Positions 26,806-38,797 of a DNA stretch of 64,000 nucleotides are shown piece by piece (position 1 is the stretch's first letter; the number at the start of each line of letters is the position of its first letter). The DNA comes from Callorhinchus milii. Lineage: Eukaryota. Both the position numbers and the translations under genes were made by a program. The notes beneath the pieces were generated by a model. It searched no databases. It was not told the DNA's origin and saw only the letters and a list, made by a program, of their open reading frames with translations. The stretch is from contig NW_024704758.1 in assembly GCF_018977255.1 (NCBI RefSeq), positions 9,052,001 to 9,116,000 of the forward strand. The letters are read 5' to 3'.

Positions 26806-29157
26806 ATGACAAATATGTTGGGAAGTTCAGAATCCTTCTGGTCCAGCGATGTCGTTCAGGATCCATCTGGTTCGAATGTCCCTCTGATCAGAACTGACAG
26901 GAACTATAGCTTCAATAAAAAGACAGCGCATCGAGTCTCATTCACTATCAGCATCCCGTACTGTGAACGCTTAGATGGTCATAATGAAGAAAAACTGGCC
27001 AAATATGAGAGCAGGATTTCTGAGCTAACTTTACCAGTCTCACACACTGTAAAAAAGCTGGTTTGGCACACCTTCCCTTTCCTTAATTGGTTTCTTGGGT
27101 ACAAAGTCAAAACATGGTTGTTGGGCGACCTACTTTCGGGACTTAGTGTGGGCCTTTTGACTATTCCTTTATCCCTTGCATATGGAGTTATTGCAGGGCA
27201 GCCATCTATTAACGGACTCTACACAAGTTTGATCTCTACAGTCTTATATTGCTTGCTTGGAACAACGCCACACATGTCCTATGGTGCATCTGCGTTTACT
27301 GCTTTGCTCATTGCCAAACATGTTGGCCACATTGAATCTGGGGAGCTTGTTTCAGACAGTGACTGTTCTCCAAAATGCTCAATGGAGTTGCATGTGGTTA
27401 CCCTCACCTGTGTCTCCGGAATTATTTTGATTTTAATGGGGATTTTTCGCCTCAGTTTCCTGCAGATGTACATCTCCAAGCCTGTCATAAATGGCTTCAA
27501 AGCTGGGACAGCTTTCAATTTAATAATCATCTTGCTGACTATATTACTTGGTATTGATGGTCCAATTCATCATGGCCCATTGGCATTTGTCTACACTCTC
27601 AAGGATATCATTGAAAACAATGAAATAAACATTGGCTCTCTCATTGCTGGTCTAGCCACATTAGCATTTCTGATCCCTTTGAAAATAATAAACTACAATT
27701 ACAGTAGACATCTCTTTCCCATAGAGTTTATTGTCATGGCTATTGCCATCGGGATGACACTCTGGTTGGATCTAGAGGACAACTATAATTTCAAGTTGAT
27801 AAACTACCAGCCATTTACTGCACCGCAGCTTGTTCTCCCTTCTCTCTCCTTAATATCCAGTGTTATTGCAGACGCTGTTTCCATTGCATTGGTGACTTTT
27901 GTAGTTAGCCTATCAATGGGAACTGAGATCTCCAAAAAGCACAATCATAGTTATCACCCACATCGCGAGACTCTGGTTTTAGGGTTTTGTGACCTGATCC
28001 TCTCGTTTCTGGGTGCTTTTGCAGTCTCTGGAGTTTGTGAGCAAACTGTGGTGCAAGAAAAAGCTTGGGGTCAAACCCAAGGCGCAGGCTTGGTAGCAGC
28101 AAGTCTTTGCCTTACTGCTCTGTTCTGTGGTCAAACCCTCCTTCCACTTGTGCCAAAAACTGTTCTCGGTGCTATTGTAATTGCAAATCTGGGTTGTTAC
28201 TTAGAGTTCTTCAGGAAGTACTGTTTTGCGTGTAGGAGGAACAGATACGATTTTCTGGCTGGAATTGTTACATTTGCAGCAGTGTGTTTGCTTGGGATCG
28301 ATATTGGTTTAGCAGTTGGCGTATTCTTTTCACTTTTGCTCACTCTCCACAGACTTCAAAGACCTTCTATTGCCATTTTGGGCCATATTCCCAACACAGA
28401 AACCTACACCGACTTGTCCTTCGAGAAGGCCGCCAAAGAGATATTGGGAATTAAAATTATAAAGACCTTCGATTCTGTTTATTACGGCAATGTTGATTTT
28501 TTTTTGGCGTGGCTGAAACGCAAAGTGAATAGTTCTCTTCTGCCTAGTGGGAATTCAAGAACTGAGAGTGCAACGTACAGTGAAGAAGATAAATATAATA
28601 TGTTATGGGAATCCACGCAATTCCTTGCATTGGATGAAAATGCGCTCAGGCAGATTAGTCGCACAGCACTGTATAGACATAGAAGATCCAAACATACTGC
28701 TAATGTGCATACTGTCATTTTGGATTGTGGATCAATTAGTTTTATAGATGATGCAGGGGCCAATGCTCTAATATGCTTGTTTGAGGAATACCAGTGTAAA
28801 GGGATTGACTTTGTCCTCGCCAGTTGTTCTAATGCAGTTTTAAATGGCTTAAGAGAATACGATTACTTTAAAACTACCAGACAAACCTTTACCTTCAACA
28901 GTGTCCATGACGCTGTTTTATACGTCTTGCAGCAAACCACAGAGCAAAGTCACACGCTGCAAGGATCTGAGTGTATTCTTGAGACAAATGGTGAAGACAT
29001 ACTAACTGAGTATGACACAGAAGATGAAATCAAAATTGACGTTAATTCCACAAATGGTGAAGTGTGGCAAAGGGAGAAGAACCAGAGGTACTCTGATCAG
29101 AGTTTGCCCTGGGTAGCTGGAAATCAGAGAATTATAGAATATGAGACAACTTTATAA
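26806..29157 (+). CDS. Intronless SLC26/SulP-family anion transporter-like protein, 783 aa, with STAS domain and C-terminal PDZ ligand
   Basis: Continuous ORF with GDLLSGLSVG, GLYTS, GTTPHMSYG, VQE..GQTQ.AG, LGIDIGL, STAS motif VILDCGSISFIDDAG, C-terminus ETTL; acceptor tgtttag at 26713; ATTAAA at 29325. Confidence 0.93.
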   Translation: MTNMLGSSESFWSSDVVQDPSGSNVPLIRTDRNYSFNKKTAHRVSFTISIPYCERLDGHNEEKLAKYESRISELTLPVSHTVKKLVWHTFPFLNWFLGYKVKTWLLGDLLSGLSVGLLTIPLSLAYGVIAGQPSINGLYTSLISTVLYCLLGTTPHMSYGASAFTALLIAKHVGHIESGELVSDSDCSPKCSMELHVVTLTCVSGIILILMGIFRLSFLQMYISKPVINGFKAGTAFNLIIILLTILLGIDGPIHHGPLAFVYTLKDIIENNEINIGSLIAGLATLAFLIPLKIINYNYSRHLFPIEFIVMAIAIGMTLWLDLEDNYNFKLINYQPFTAPQLVLPSLSLISSVIADAVSIALVTFVVSLSMGTEISKKHNHSYHPHRETLVLGFCDLILSFLGAFAVSGVCEQTVVQEKAWGQTQGAGLVAASLCLTALFCGQTLLPLVPKTVLGAIVIANLGCYLEFFRKYCFACRRNRYDFLAGIVTFAAVCLLGIDIGLAVGVFFSLLLTLHRLQRPSIAILGHIPNTETYTDLSFEKAAKEILGIKIIKTFDSVYYGNVDFFLAWLKRKVNSSLLPSGNSRTESATYSEEDKYNMLWESTQFLALDENALRQISRTALYRHRRSKHTANVHTVILDCGSISFIDDAGANALICLFEEYQCKGIDFVLASCSNAVLNGLREYDYFKTTRQTFTFNSVHDAVLYVLQQTTEQSHTLQGSECILETNGEDILTEYDTEDEIKIDVNSTNGEVWQREKNQRYSDQSLPWVAGNQRIIEYETTL

Positions 29158-30292
29158 TGAAAATATTTGTTTTGAACCATAACTGAAACTGGATTGATAC
29201 AGTAACCTAAATCAGCTGTTGTGTTTCTGCTGCAATATGCTGTTAAGTTTTTCTATTGCATTGTTTGTAATAATAGACAAAGAATTATAGGCTTTTCTGG
29301 AAAAACTATATTTGTAGTGTATACATTAAAAACTATTTTCTCTGTAGTCTTGTCACTGCAAAGTAACCAGATCTAGACAACACTGGAATAGGAAAGGAGA
29401 AAAGCAAAGCCACTAGTTGTTTGCAGACGTTCATACTTTGCATCTACTTTACTGACAACGTTCTGTTGTTACCAATTATTTTTGTTGAATTTTCTGCATC
29501 ATCGGCAACATTATCCGTAAGATATGGGAGTGATGAGGTGTGTACTGCCCTTGGAAATAGGCAGATTTGGACCTTGTCCAGCCATTCGTGCTCCAGAAGG
29601 TATGAAGCTTAGTTATTTATACATAGTCTGGAGATCAAGGACCACTAATCCCCTGCAATCTCCTGTGTTCCCGGTGGGAAAGAATTGGGCTCCAATTGTC
29701 ATCTCCAAAATCATTGCCACTAGTGCAAGGGTTTTATACATGTAATATATTTCCTGCTGCTACTCTGCCTTCATAAAATAATATGAATGCATCATTTACA
29801 TATTCTTCTTCTTCATTGTTTTCCATTTTTATCCGTGTAGGCCATCTTTACAAGTTCTTGCACATCTTAAACTCATTTACAATTTACAGAATTTACAACT
29901 TGCCAAGACTGTTCACTTATTTGTTTCAACCATCCAGTTGGTTTGCCTCAGAATTGGTACTGGTAATTTCCAATCAAGGAGAGTTTGATGTTAACTGGAA
30001 TTGTGTGTCAGCTGAGGTTCAGTGTTCATTTAACAATGATGGTAGTTCTGAGAAACTGAACATCGACTCCATTGACCTGAAAGTCCACTTCGTCTGATGA
30101 CTATTTTGTGTTAAAATTAAAGATGGCACAGAATTGTGGAAACAATTTCAATTCAGTCTCAATTTGAATTTTTTGTTTTTTAAAAAAAAAGAAAATTGGC
30201 TTCCAAATTAAGAATTTTTCACAATTCTACACAGACCTGAATTTTTATGACAAGTCGGACTTAACAGGCTCAAGGTATGTGGAATTTCAGGC

Positions 30293-30713
30293 CTTCGCTT
30301 GACTCATTGGTACTCTTGCCTCCGAGTCAGAATGTTGTGGGTTCAAATCCCAGTTGGGACTTGAACTCACATAGTCTAAGATAACACTCCAATGCAGTGC
30401 TGGGGGGTATTGCATTGTTGGAGGTGCTGTCCTTCAGATGAGACGTTAAACCGAGGTGGATCTTAAAGAACCCATGGCACTATTTGAAAAGAGAAGGGAA
30501 TTTCTCTCTTACGGTGTCCTGGCCAACAATCCCCCTTAATAAAATTGGTCACTCACTCCACGGTTGTTTGTGGGATTATTGCTGTGCACAATTCTGCTGC
30601 CACATTTACCTGCAAATACACAGTCACTCCACTTCACAGTAAATCCTGTGAAAAGCTTTGAGACATCCTTCCGACGTGATAAGGCGCTATACCAAATGCA
30701 AGGATTATTATTA
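30293..30713 (+). mobile_element. Deu-domain SINE (SacSINE1/AmnSINE1-like), near full length
   Basis: tRNA-like head, then ggaggtgctgtccttcagatgagacgttaaaccgagg...cccatggcactatttgaa core and L2-type tail. Confidence 0.8.
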
Positions 30714-33700
30714 TAGTTCTAAAAACCTGATCCCTGTAATGGAAGCTTCTCTTTGATGTAAAACAACATGTTTTGTTGCACAATTACAATGCGACTGATC
30801 ACAATAATGTTGAAAGTGTTTTAAATGCAGGAAACGTGCATTAGAATGGTTAAAAATAAAATTGTCCACAAATTGTTACAAATGAAATGGAGCAAAATGC
30901 ATCAAATTCACCGGTCACATATTTAGCTAACAAAAATTATCCAATCTATCTGCAAAATGCTTTACAATGTGCAAATAATTCCAATGGGAGAGGCAACATC
31001 TGGATCCTGTCATTGATTTTTGGAGTAAAGCGCATACAACTGCTTCATTTTTACACTTGGGAAATAAACAGAAAATTAGTGACTGCTCTTTAATCTCACA
31101 TGGCTCTATCATTGAATGTAGCGTGATAATGAAATTGAGCAAATGGGCAGAATTCATTATGGCAGTCCTTTGGCCATTTTTTGGTTCAGCACCACAGCGC
31201 AACACAGTCTCACATACTTCCAGGTGGTAATTCACCTCACTTGGGTTTTTGTTAAAATAATTTTTATGCAGTGAAACTCCACTGGCCCAAGAATGAGCTC
31301 TTGGACAGACACGTGGTTCACATTCACCTCAGTAGGAATTTCACATTATACAAAATTGTTACCATAACTTTTGAATTGAATGTTTCACAGGCCTGCAAGA
31401 CTTCTTAATAGATCAATACTTATAATAAGATATGAATGTAAAAAGTAATAATTCTTGCATTTGATATAGCGCTTTTCACGTCTTCTGGACGTCTCAAAGC
31501 GCTTCACAGAATAGACTATAAAGTGAATTTACTGTATATTTTTGGGAGAAAGATATGAATTTATCATTCACAGGTATACCAAGCATTCTAGAATTAACTT
31601 AGAACATGTCTCACTGCTGAGGCTGTAAAGTACAATACATTCCAGCCATGTGCTACCGTAGATTATCGTGATTTACCTGTGTGTGTCTTCTGATCAGAGC
31701 CATACAAAGCACATGGAAACCTGGCTCTGATTCTGGGCCATTCTGAGAAAAATAGAAGATTATAATATTGTGCTACTGCACTCTCCAAACAATAAACATC
31801 ATTATCCCCACCTCTGCATTTTTGTTAATAATTGGTAACAAGTGTCTGCTTGCAGCTCTTTTCTTGCATATTCCTGACTGTTCAGTGGGTCAAAGGGTCG
31901 TGCTACTTAGAGAATTTGAAGACTTCAGTCAGATTGGATCTCTGGTCTGTGGTGAGTTAATTGATCTCACGGGACACGAGTGGGTGGGTTACAAATTAGC
32001 TTGTGTTTTCCGATGCCCGAGATGTGAGCATAATGAGCGAGGAATTTTGCTTCTGACTCTTATCCAAAGAGCCCTTTCAAGAAAAGGCATGTTGGTGTCA
32101 AGCAATAAGAATATCAGGCTTGGCTGTGATGGCCTCCACCCCCACTGACCATCTTCACACAGTCACACAGTCACACAGAGATAGATCACACAGAGACAGA
32201 TCTCTGTCCAGATGGCATATACGGTTTGCTACTTGGCGAGATGCAAAAAGAGAATCATTGCTACCTGTAGGGATACGCACCAACCTAGGTTTTATAATAA
32301 TAATAATAATAAAGTTGTCATCTTCAAGACAGGAAAGGCAGGTGGTGTGGCAGGGAAGACACGCCATTGTGAAAATACAATGTAAAATGCAACAAAAGAA
32401 AATTACATTTTTTGCACATGTCTTTTTTTAAATAAAAAGTGTATTTGGTGAAATGGGAACGATTCCTAAGCAGTAGCTGAAACTCCGAAACTTTCTCCAG
32501 CTACGTTAACCCCTTCTCCTCCACCCACCAATAAAAAAATATAAAAATGATTGAAGGTGAAACCAGCTTTCAATGAGCAATTCTATTTTACATCTAATCT
32601 TCAGTGTGCGCGTGAAGCCAGAGCCATTCCTTTGGTACACCCACGGTTACACATAATTCTGGTGCAGTAAAGCAAACCGAGATTGTAGTTTGATTCCTTT
32701 CAATCTGTGAAATCTCTCGAATCCTTCCTGTGCTTTAACTGTTGGGTTGAGCCTGACTTTTAACTGGAACCACAATCAAACTCAAAAGCAATTCAGCATT
32801 AATTTTGGCTCCCATACTTAATGCTGGCATAAAACGCCCCTATTGAGTTCCATGCCTATTAAAGTATTAAATAATCAAAGCGCAGGAGTGCACAAGTTGA
32901 TGTATTTAACTACTGTACTCGAATTGCATAATAATCTGTAGATCATTGCTCTACAATTTATTCGTTCGAGAGGCAACCCTTCCTTGTTCTGGAAAATGCA
33001 GTCTGCCATTGCCAGTAAATATTGTACCAATGAAAAAACAAACGTATCTAAGAATTTCCCTTCACGTCGAGGGAAAATCATGATGCATCAAATTTTCAGT
33101 TTATTTCACAATTCCTGTACATGAATAGGGTTGAATTTAGAATAGAGACATCTGGCGGACATTAAAGCCACAAAGACAGAGTTTTACTATCCGAGTTCGA
33201 TGGAGTCGAAATCCCATCGATGGGGATTGTTACAAATGCCCATCTTTTCGCTGCTGCTTTAGAATGGGAAACTGCAGTAAATGGAGTAACAGAGAACAAA
33301 TGAATACAAATAGCCTTCTGCATCACCGTTACTTTTCATCCGTCACTGATATTGTCATGTATTTTGCTAAGGACCTTGTTGATGTACCACCCCTCCCCCA
33401 ATTGATAAGTTCATTACATGTCGTTGGAAAAACCAACACACACATTTTCAGACCAGCCAAACACAGTTATGCCATTGAAACATAACTTTTAATCCAGAGA
33501 CCGTTAATTTTATGTGAAATCTTACCATCACAGACAACAATCCCCCATATAAAACTGGTCATTCGGTGCACAAGTTCTTTGCTCGGTTCACTTGACAGAC
33601 AGACCGACCGACCGACCGACCAGCAAGGTACATTTCATAGCAAAAATCCTGTGAAGCACTTTGGGGGACGTTTCAATGACGCGATAAAGCACCTCAGTAC

Positions 33701-35368
33701 ATCAAACGCACGTGGATGATTATTTCTATCGCAATTACTAAGGCGATCGCCTCCAAAAAAAAAAGCCAAATGAATAAGCCGGTCAAGAAAATTGAAGGGT
33801 CATCCAATATCTATCGTGTTCCTTCTGGGAGCCTTGTTAATTTACGGGATAACTACCCGCATCCCGCAGACGCAGGGCATTCCAGAGACCTGGCAAACTG
33901 GTGTGTTTGCAGTGAGAATAGCATGACCAGTGAGTAAATATTTTCCCAGTCGTGGACTGCTGTTCCTGATCACAGAGTTCTTCAGCTGCACTCTCTGTCC
34001 AGAACAAATTGTCCCTGCTCCAATATACGCCAGAGCTTCAGACTGCAAACCACTGCAATCCAAAAAACAAAACCCAAGGGGACTTGGTCAAATAAGGACT
34101 GGGTGCAACTGAAGGAAACACCAGAGCTAATGATGTGTGTGTGTGGCATAATCAATAAAGATGCACCATCAACAACTTGACATTTCCTGGGGAAAGAAAG
34201 TAAAGCTGGATATGTCAGCAACGTGCAAACCCTGCAGTTTTCAATGAACTTGGACGTCATTTGCATTTGAATCACAGACTTTTGTGACATTGGGAGGGGA
34301 GGTTTTGTTGTCCTGCAACCAGAGCCCTGGGATAAGTCTGCTGCTGGGTTTTAAAAGCAGTGAAGTGTTCAATGATTTACTCCCACTGTTACAATACTCC
34401 ACGAGTTCAGCACACAAACGACTCTCACTTTAAACGTGAAAGGGTCGAGTTGGGTGAGTGCTGATCCATTCCTCTTTCAGGTTAATCGTTTTAGCGTTGG
34501 TTAAAAATAATAATGATTAATAATAATAACAATAATTGCAGCCCTACAAACAATACCTGCAATAGCACTGGCTTTCCTGATCCACACTGATCGTTTGCAA
34601 CTCGAATAAGGAAATAACACGTCGAATTAGATTGGTTTAACTAAGATGTTTAAAATAAAGAATTGTCCTTTGTGCACTAAATGACATGGCAAGGAGTATC
34701 TTAAAACACAGATTTATATAAATAAAACAATGATTCAAGTGCTGGTATTTAATAATAAATAATCCTTGCATTTGATAGAGGCACAATAAGTTATTATTAG
34801 AAGCAGAAAGTGGCTGTCAATTCACAAGCCTCTGATTTACTGCCAATACCTTGTAACAGCTTTAAATCTTGTAAGTGGATCCAGGCTTGGGTATTACGAA
34901 ATTATCTGCGTGTCATTTTTCCAAATGTCTTTATTTCAAATTTATCGCAATCAAACTCTTTATTCCCCCTTAGGAACAGAGGCGAGATTCGGATTTATTT
35001 GATCTATTTGGAATATATGCTCGTTGGGTTGTGCACCTTCTCCCCCTCCCGATAGAACAACAACAGATTACATTTGTATTGCGCCATTCACGTCGGGACA
35101 TAGTCAAGGATCCGCACCCGAGCTGGTGGTTGGGATCAGGAGGGGTGGAGGGCAAGGAGATTAGGGGTAGGAGGGGTGACCGAAAGCACGGTCGAAGAAG
35201 AGGGTCTTGAGACCGGTCTTGAAGGAGGCAAGGAACTTTTAATCATTTAAAACTCACTCCTGTTACCCAATGCATATGAGTTCTTTTTAACATACAAATG
35301 GTCATTCAGTTGACTGCAAAAACTGAAGCTTATTGTGATCTGTTTCTGCTTGTGCTTTTAGACCAAGA

Positions 35369-35546
35369 ATGCTGCCTTCCTACGTACCTCAGTCCATTTC
35401 AGATGGCTTTGCTGAGGATTGCTGGGAGTGGGACATTAATGCAAAGTCACCAGCAGCGCAACTTTCTCCTTGTCGGAGAGCAGTTTACTTTCACATCGAC
35501 CCTGTCTTAAAAAGTGTAGGTACAGCAGGAGTGAGAGGAACAAAAG
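35369..35546 (+). CDS. SPSB3-like SPRY/SOCS-box protein, coding exon 1
   Basis: WEWD...FH...GTAGVRGTK resembles SPSB3 WVWD...FH...GTAAIRGTK; acceptor ttttag at 35361; donor G|GTGGTT. Confidence 0.82.
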
Positions 35547-36742
35547 GTGGTTATTCCTTAAAACTTTCATTGTGTTCATTTTCTTGCGAGATATTCTAGT
35601 ATCATCTGTGACAAATTGAGACGCTTCGTAATATATCACATCATGTTCTAGAATGTGAAAGGACACTAAGATATCCACTGCACCATTCACTTCTCCAGTT
35701 GATGTATTTTCTATAATAAATAATAATCCTTGCATTTGATATTGCACCTTATCACGTCTTCGAGACGTCTCAAAGCGCTTCACAGGACACCCTGTAAAGT
35801 GAATTGACTGTATATTTTGTGGGTGATTTTAGAGATTTTATTTAATGAATCTAGCATTGTCCTTGGGTAACATTTGACCCGTTCTGGTATTAAGTGCAAT
35901 TCACTGACAAGTTTTATGATCTATGCCTCTTTGCTGTGGTTTCGGATTACTTTATCCAATATTCTCACCAGCCCTGCCGTCCAATGATTCACATCCATTC
36001 TTCTGATCAAATCATTTTGCAGCTCACTACAGATATTATTGCAGCAGGGTTCCTTAGCCGCTATACTTTACTGTGTCCTGTGAAGCGCTTCAAGGCATCC
36101 TCTTGATGTGAAAGATGCTGTAACAAATGCAAGGATTATTATTATCAACATTATTATATATCCATTGCTTCTACCCTTACTGCACTAATCATCTCCAGAT
36201 TATGCTTCATCGGTTCTTTCTAATCATGTTTTCTCACCAACTTTTTCCTAACCGTTTTGTCTCGCCTCCCACTTTAGTCATGTTCGTGGTAACTCTCCTT
36301 GCTCTGATCTGTGGCAGCTTCAAGGCAGGAATCATCGGCAGTAGTTGGGAATCGTTAAGACCTGATGATCCATTTTCATTTGGTCAAATCAGACTTGATG
36401 CACACAAACATATACCTTCAACTGGGTTGGAGGATTCATAACAAATGCTTTGACAACAGCTTAAATACAAATTTGGAGGCTGATTTGCAAAAAAAAAGTT
36501 AAATTTGGCTGCTATTTTGCAGTCGTGGCCCCTTCTTTAGCATCTGTTTATTTAGGGGATTCTCGTGACCCAGTTAATGAACTCAGTACTGAATAGTGCA
36601 GTTCTCATAGTGTTCAAGCACAGAGATGTATCCTAACTGTAGCTCTGTTGTAACGGAAATGCCAATAATTGTGGCCTTTTAACATTGTTGTACAGATGTA
36701 AGGAAACACACTCTTATATTCACAGTTGTTCTGTTTCTGTAG

Positions 36743-36874
36743 GTTTCAACCACGGGGAGCACTACTGGGAAATTGAGTTTCTGGAACCTCCCTATGGCAC
36801 CTCTGTGATGGTGGGGGCTGGAACAAGACGAGCACTTCTGCATACTGGCAATTATCAATTTATAAATATGCTCG
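36743..36874 (+). CDS. SPSB3-like coding exon 2 (SPRY)
   Basis: GEHYWEIEFLEPPYGTSVMVGAGT; ctgtag acceptor, G|GTAAGT donor, phase 1/1. Confidence 0.88.
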
Positions 36875-37611
36875 GTAAGTCACTTTTAATATAATCGAGA
36901 AGAATTTTGCATGGGTCTGTCTTACATTGTGTGGTATATAACTTGGTCTTGTGGGTGCCAGACTAGTTGAGGTTAGCATATTTGCAAAGAACGTTCTTGC
37001 CTCGGATCGTGATCAATTTTGCTTTAGAATTTCATCAAAACCCCTTTTTTGATTTAATTGCGCCCAATGTGCCCTGAGATGCATCCTTTACTGTTCTGGG
37101 GTTTTGTGTGCATTACCCGTCAGCACACAGTAACCAGATGTCAGCACAAATTTCTGCATTCCACATTCATGTTCTACAGTTCACAGTAGTGTTCCTCATA
37201 GTCAAGAGGATCTATAACAGATCACACCACGCTTTAGTGTCTTATTCAATTTTGTTTCTATGTGGGGTCGTGCTTTGCATCCCAAGAGAGTTACAGAGCT
37301 CTGATTTTAAAATAAATCTGCAAAATACAGCTTCCCCACATTGACAGACTTGGAAACTGCTGTCTGAGGAATATCCTTTCTTACAGGGTGCATTTTTATA
37401 GCAGTGTCAGTAATTTCTTCTGGTGTTGGTGGGGCCAAGATGGTACTGCATCTCACTCACAGATGCAGTTAAGGGACTCATTGTGTTCCAGTTATTATTA
37501 GGTAATGGAGATTATTATTTTGAGCCGTCGGTGTGAGATAGATACCCAAAGTCCAAAAACAGGAAACAATGAGCTAAATTAAAAGGTTATTTCCTTCCTT
37601 CCTTCCCACAG

Positions 37612-37802
37612 GAATGGATTCTGAAAGCTGGGGTTTATCTTACAAAGGTACAATTTGGCATGACGGGCAGAGCAGGCAGTATACTGAACCGTTCTATGAG
37701 CAAGCCACAATCATAGGAATCAACTTGAACCTGTACACTGGCACAATGACCTTTTACAGGAATGGACAGAATTTGGGGGTGGCATTTTCTGGCCTCAATA
37801 AG
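37612..37802 (+). CDS. SPSB3-like coding exon 3 (SPRY)
   Basis: DSESWGLSYKG...IIGINLNLYTGTMTFYRNGQNLGVAF; ccacag acceptor, AAG|GTAACC donor. Confidence 0.9.
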
Positions 37803-38602
37803 GTAACCCATGCTGATTGCCAATTTTGTGCACTTATTGTCTTGTGGGATGCAGCGATAAATACAGAGTGCTCCATTTATATCAAACAGAAAGCATGAAT
37901 GCATTTAAGAAGAAACTTAATGCACACATGAGGGAGAAAGGATCAGAGGGGTATTATGATATAATAACTATAGTATAATAATATACGCATTTGATATCTT
38001 CCTGGAATGAAGGATGTAATAATAACCCTTACATTTGGTATAATGCCTTTCACATCAGGAGGATGTCCCAAAACATTTAACAGGTTTTAATTTACTGTAA
38101 AGTGTAGTGATTGTGCATTTTGTAGGTAAACCTAGAAATATTCAGAATAGTTTCATTCAACAGGCAACAATGGTGGATGGTGTGGGAAATGTGAAATAAT
38201 AGTAATAGTTGTGTTAACAGTAGGACCTCTGATGTGGATAAGAGTAGAGTAAAATTTACTCTGCATTTGACCATGCTTAATGCTTTCTCTGAGTGCAAAG
38301 AGATGAAAAGGTGTTAATTTTCTAGCACTGGTCAGTGACCCAACATTCACAAAAGAATAAGGATAGTAATACAATACATTCATCTGGGTTGAAAATAAGA
38401 TGGCTAGAAAGTTAAGTTGCCAGCACAAACACCCATCCATTATCTATAATTAGGCTATATGATCAAATAAAACATAGCCAATACTGAGATACTTTGATGA
38501 GTGGGATAGTTTTATCTTTTGACTGCAGATTATAATGCAGGTATTTTAATGACCAGGATTTAGCCTATCATTAACAGTAGTTTCCTATTGAATCTTCCCC
38601 AG

Positions 38603-38797
38603 GTTGGAGCATCCCTGTATCCCATTGCCAGTTCAACAGCAGCCGAGACAGAACTTCAGCTTGGGGTCAGGGGATGCCGCTTCCACTCACTACAGGAATG
38701 GTGTTTGTACACAGTCCTGCAGAACCTCAGGGACAAAAATCACATAAACGCTCTACCACTCCCCGAGCTAATTAAAGGACTACTCAAGGAATTCTGA
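38603..38797 (+). CDS. SPSB3-like coding exon 4 (SOCS box), total about 231 aa
   Basis: LYPIASSTAA then SOCS box SLQEWC...LPLPELIKGLL, stop TGA; ccccag acceptor, phase 0. Confidence 0.88.
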   Translation, partial: VGASLYPIASSTAAETELQLGVRGCRFHSLQEWCLYTVLQNLRDKNHINALPLPELIKGLLKEF

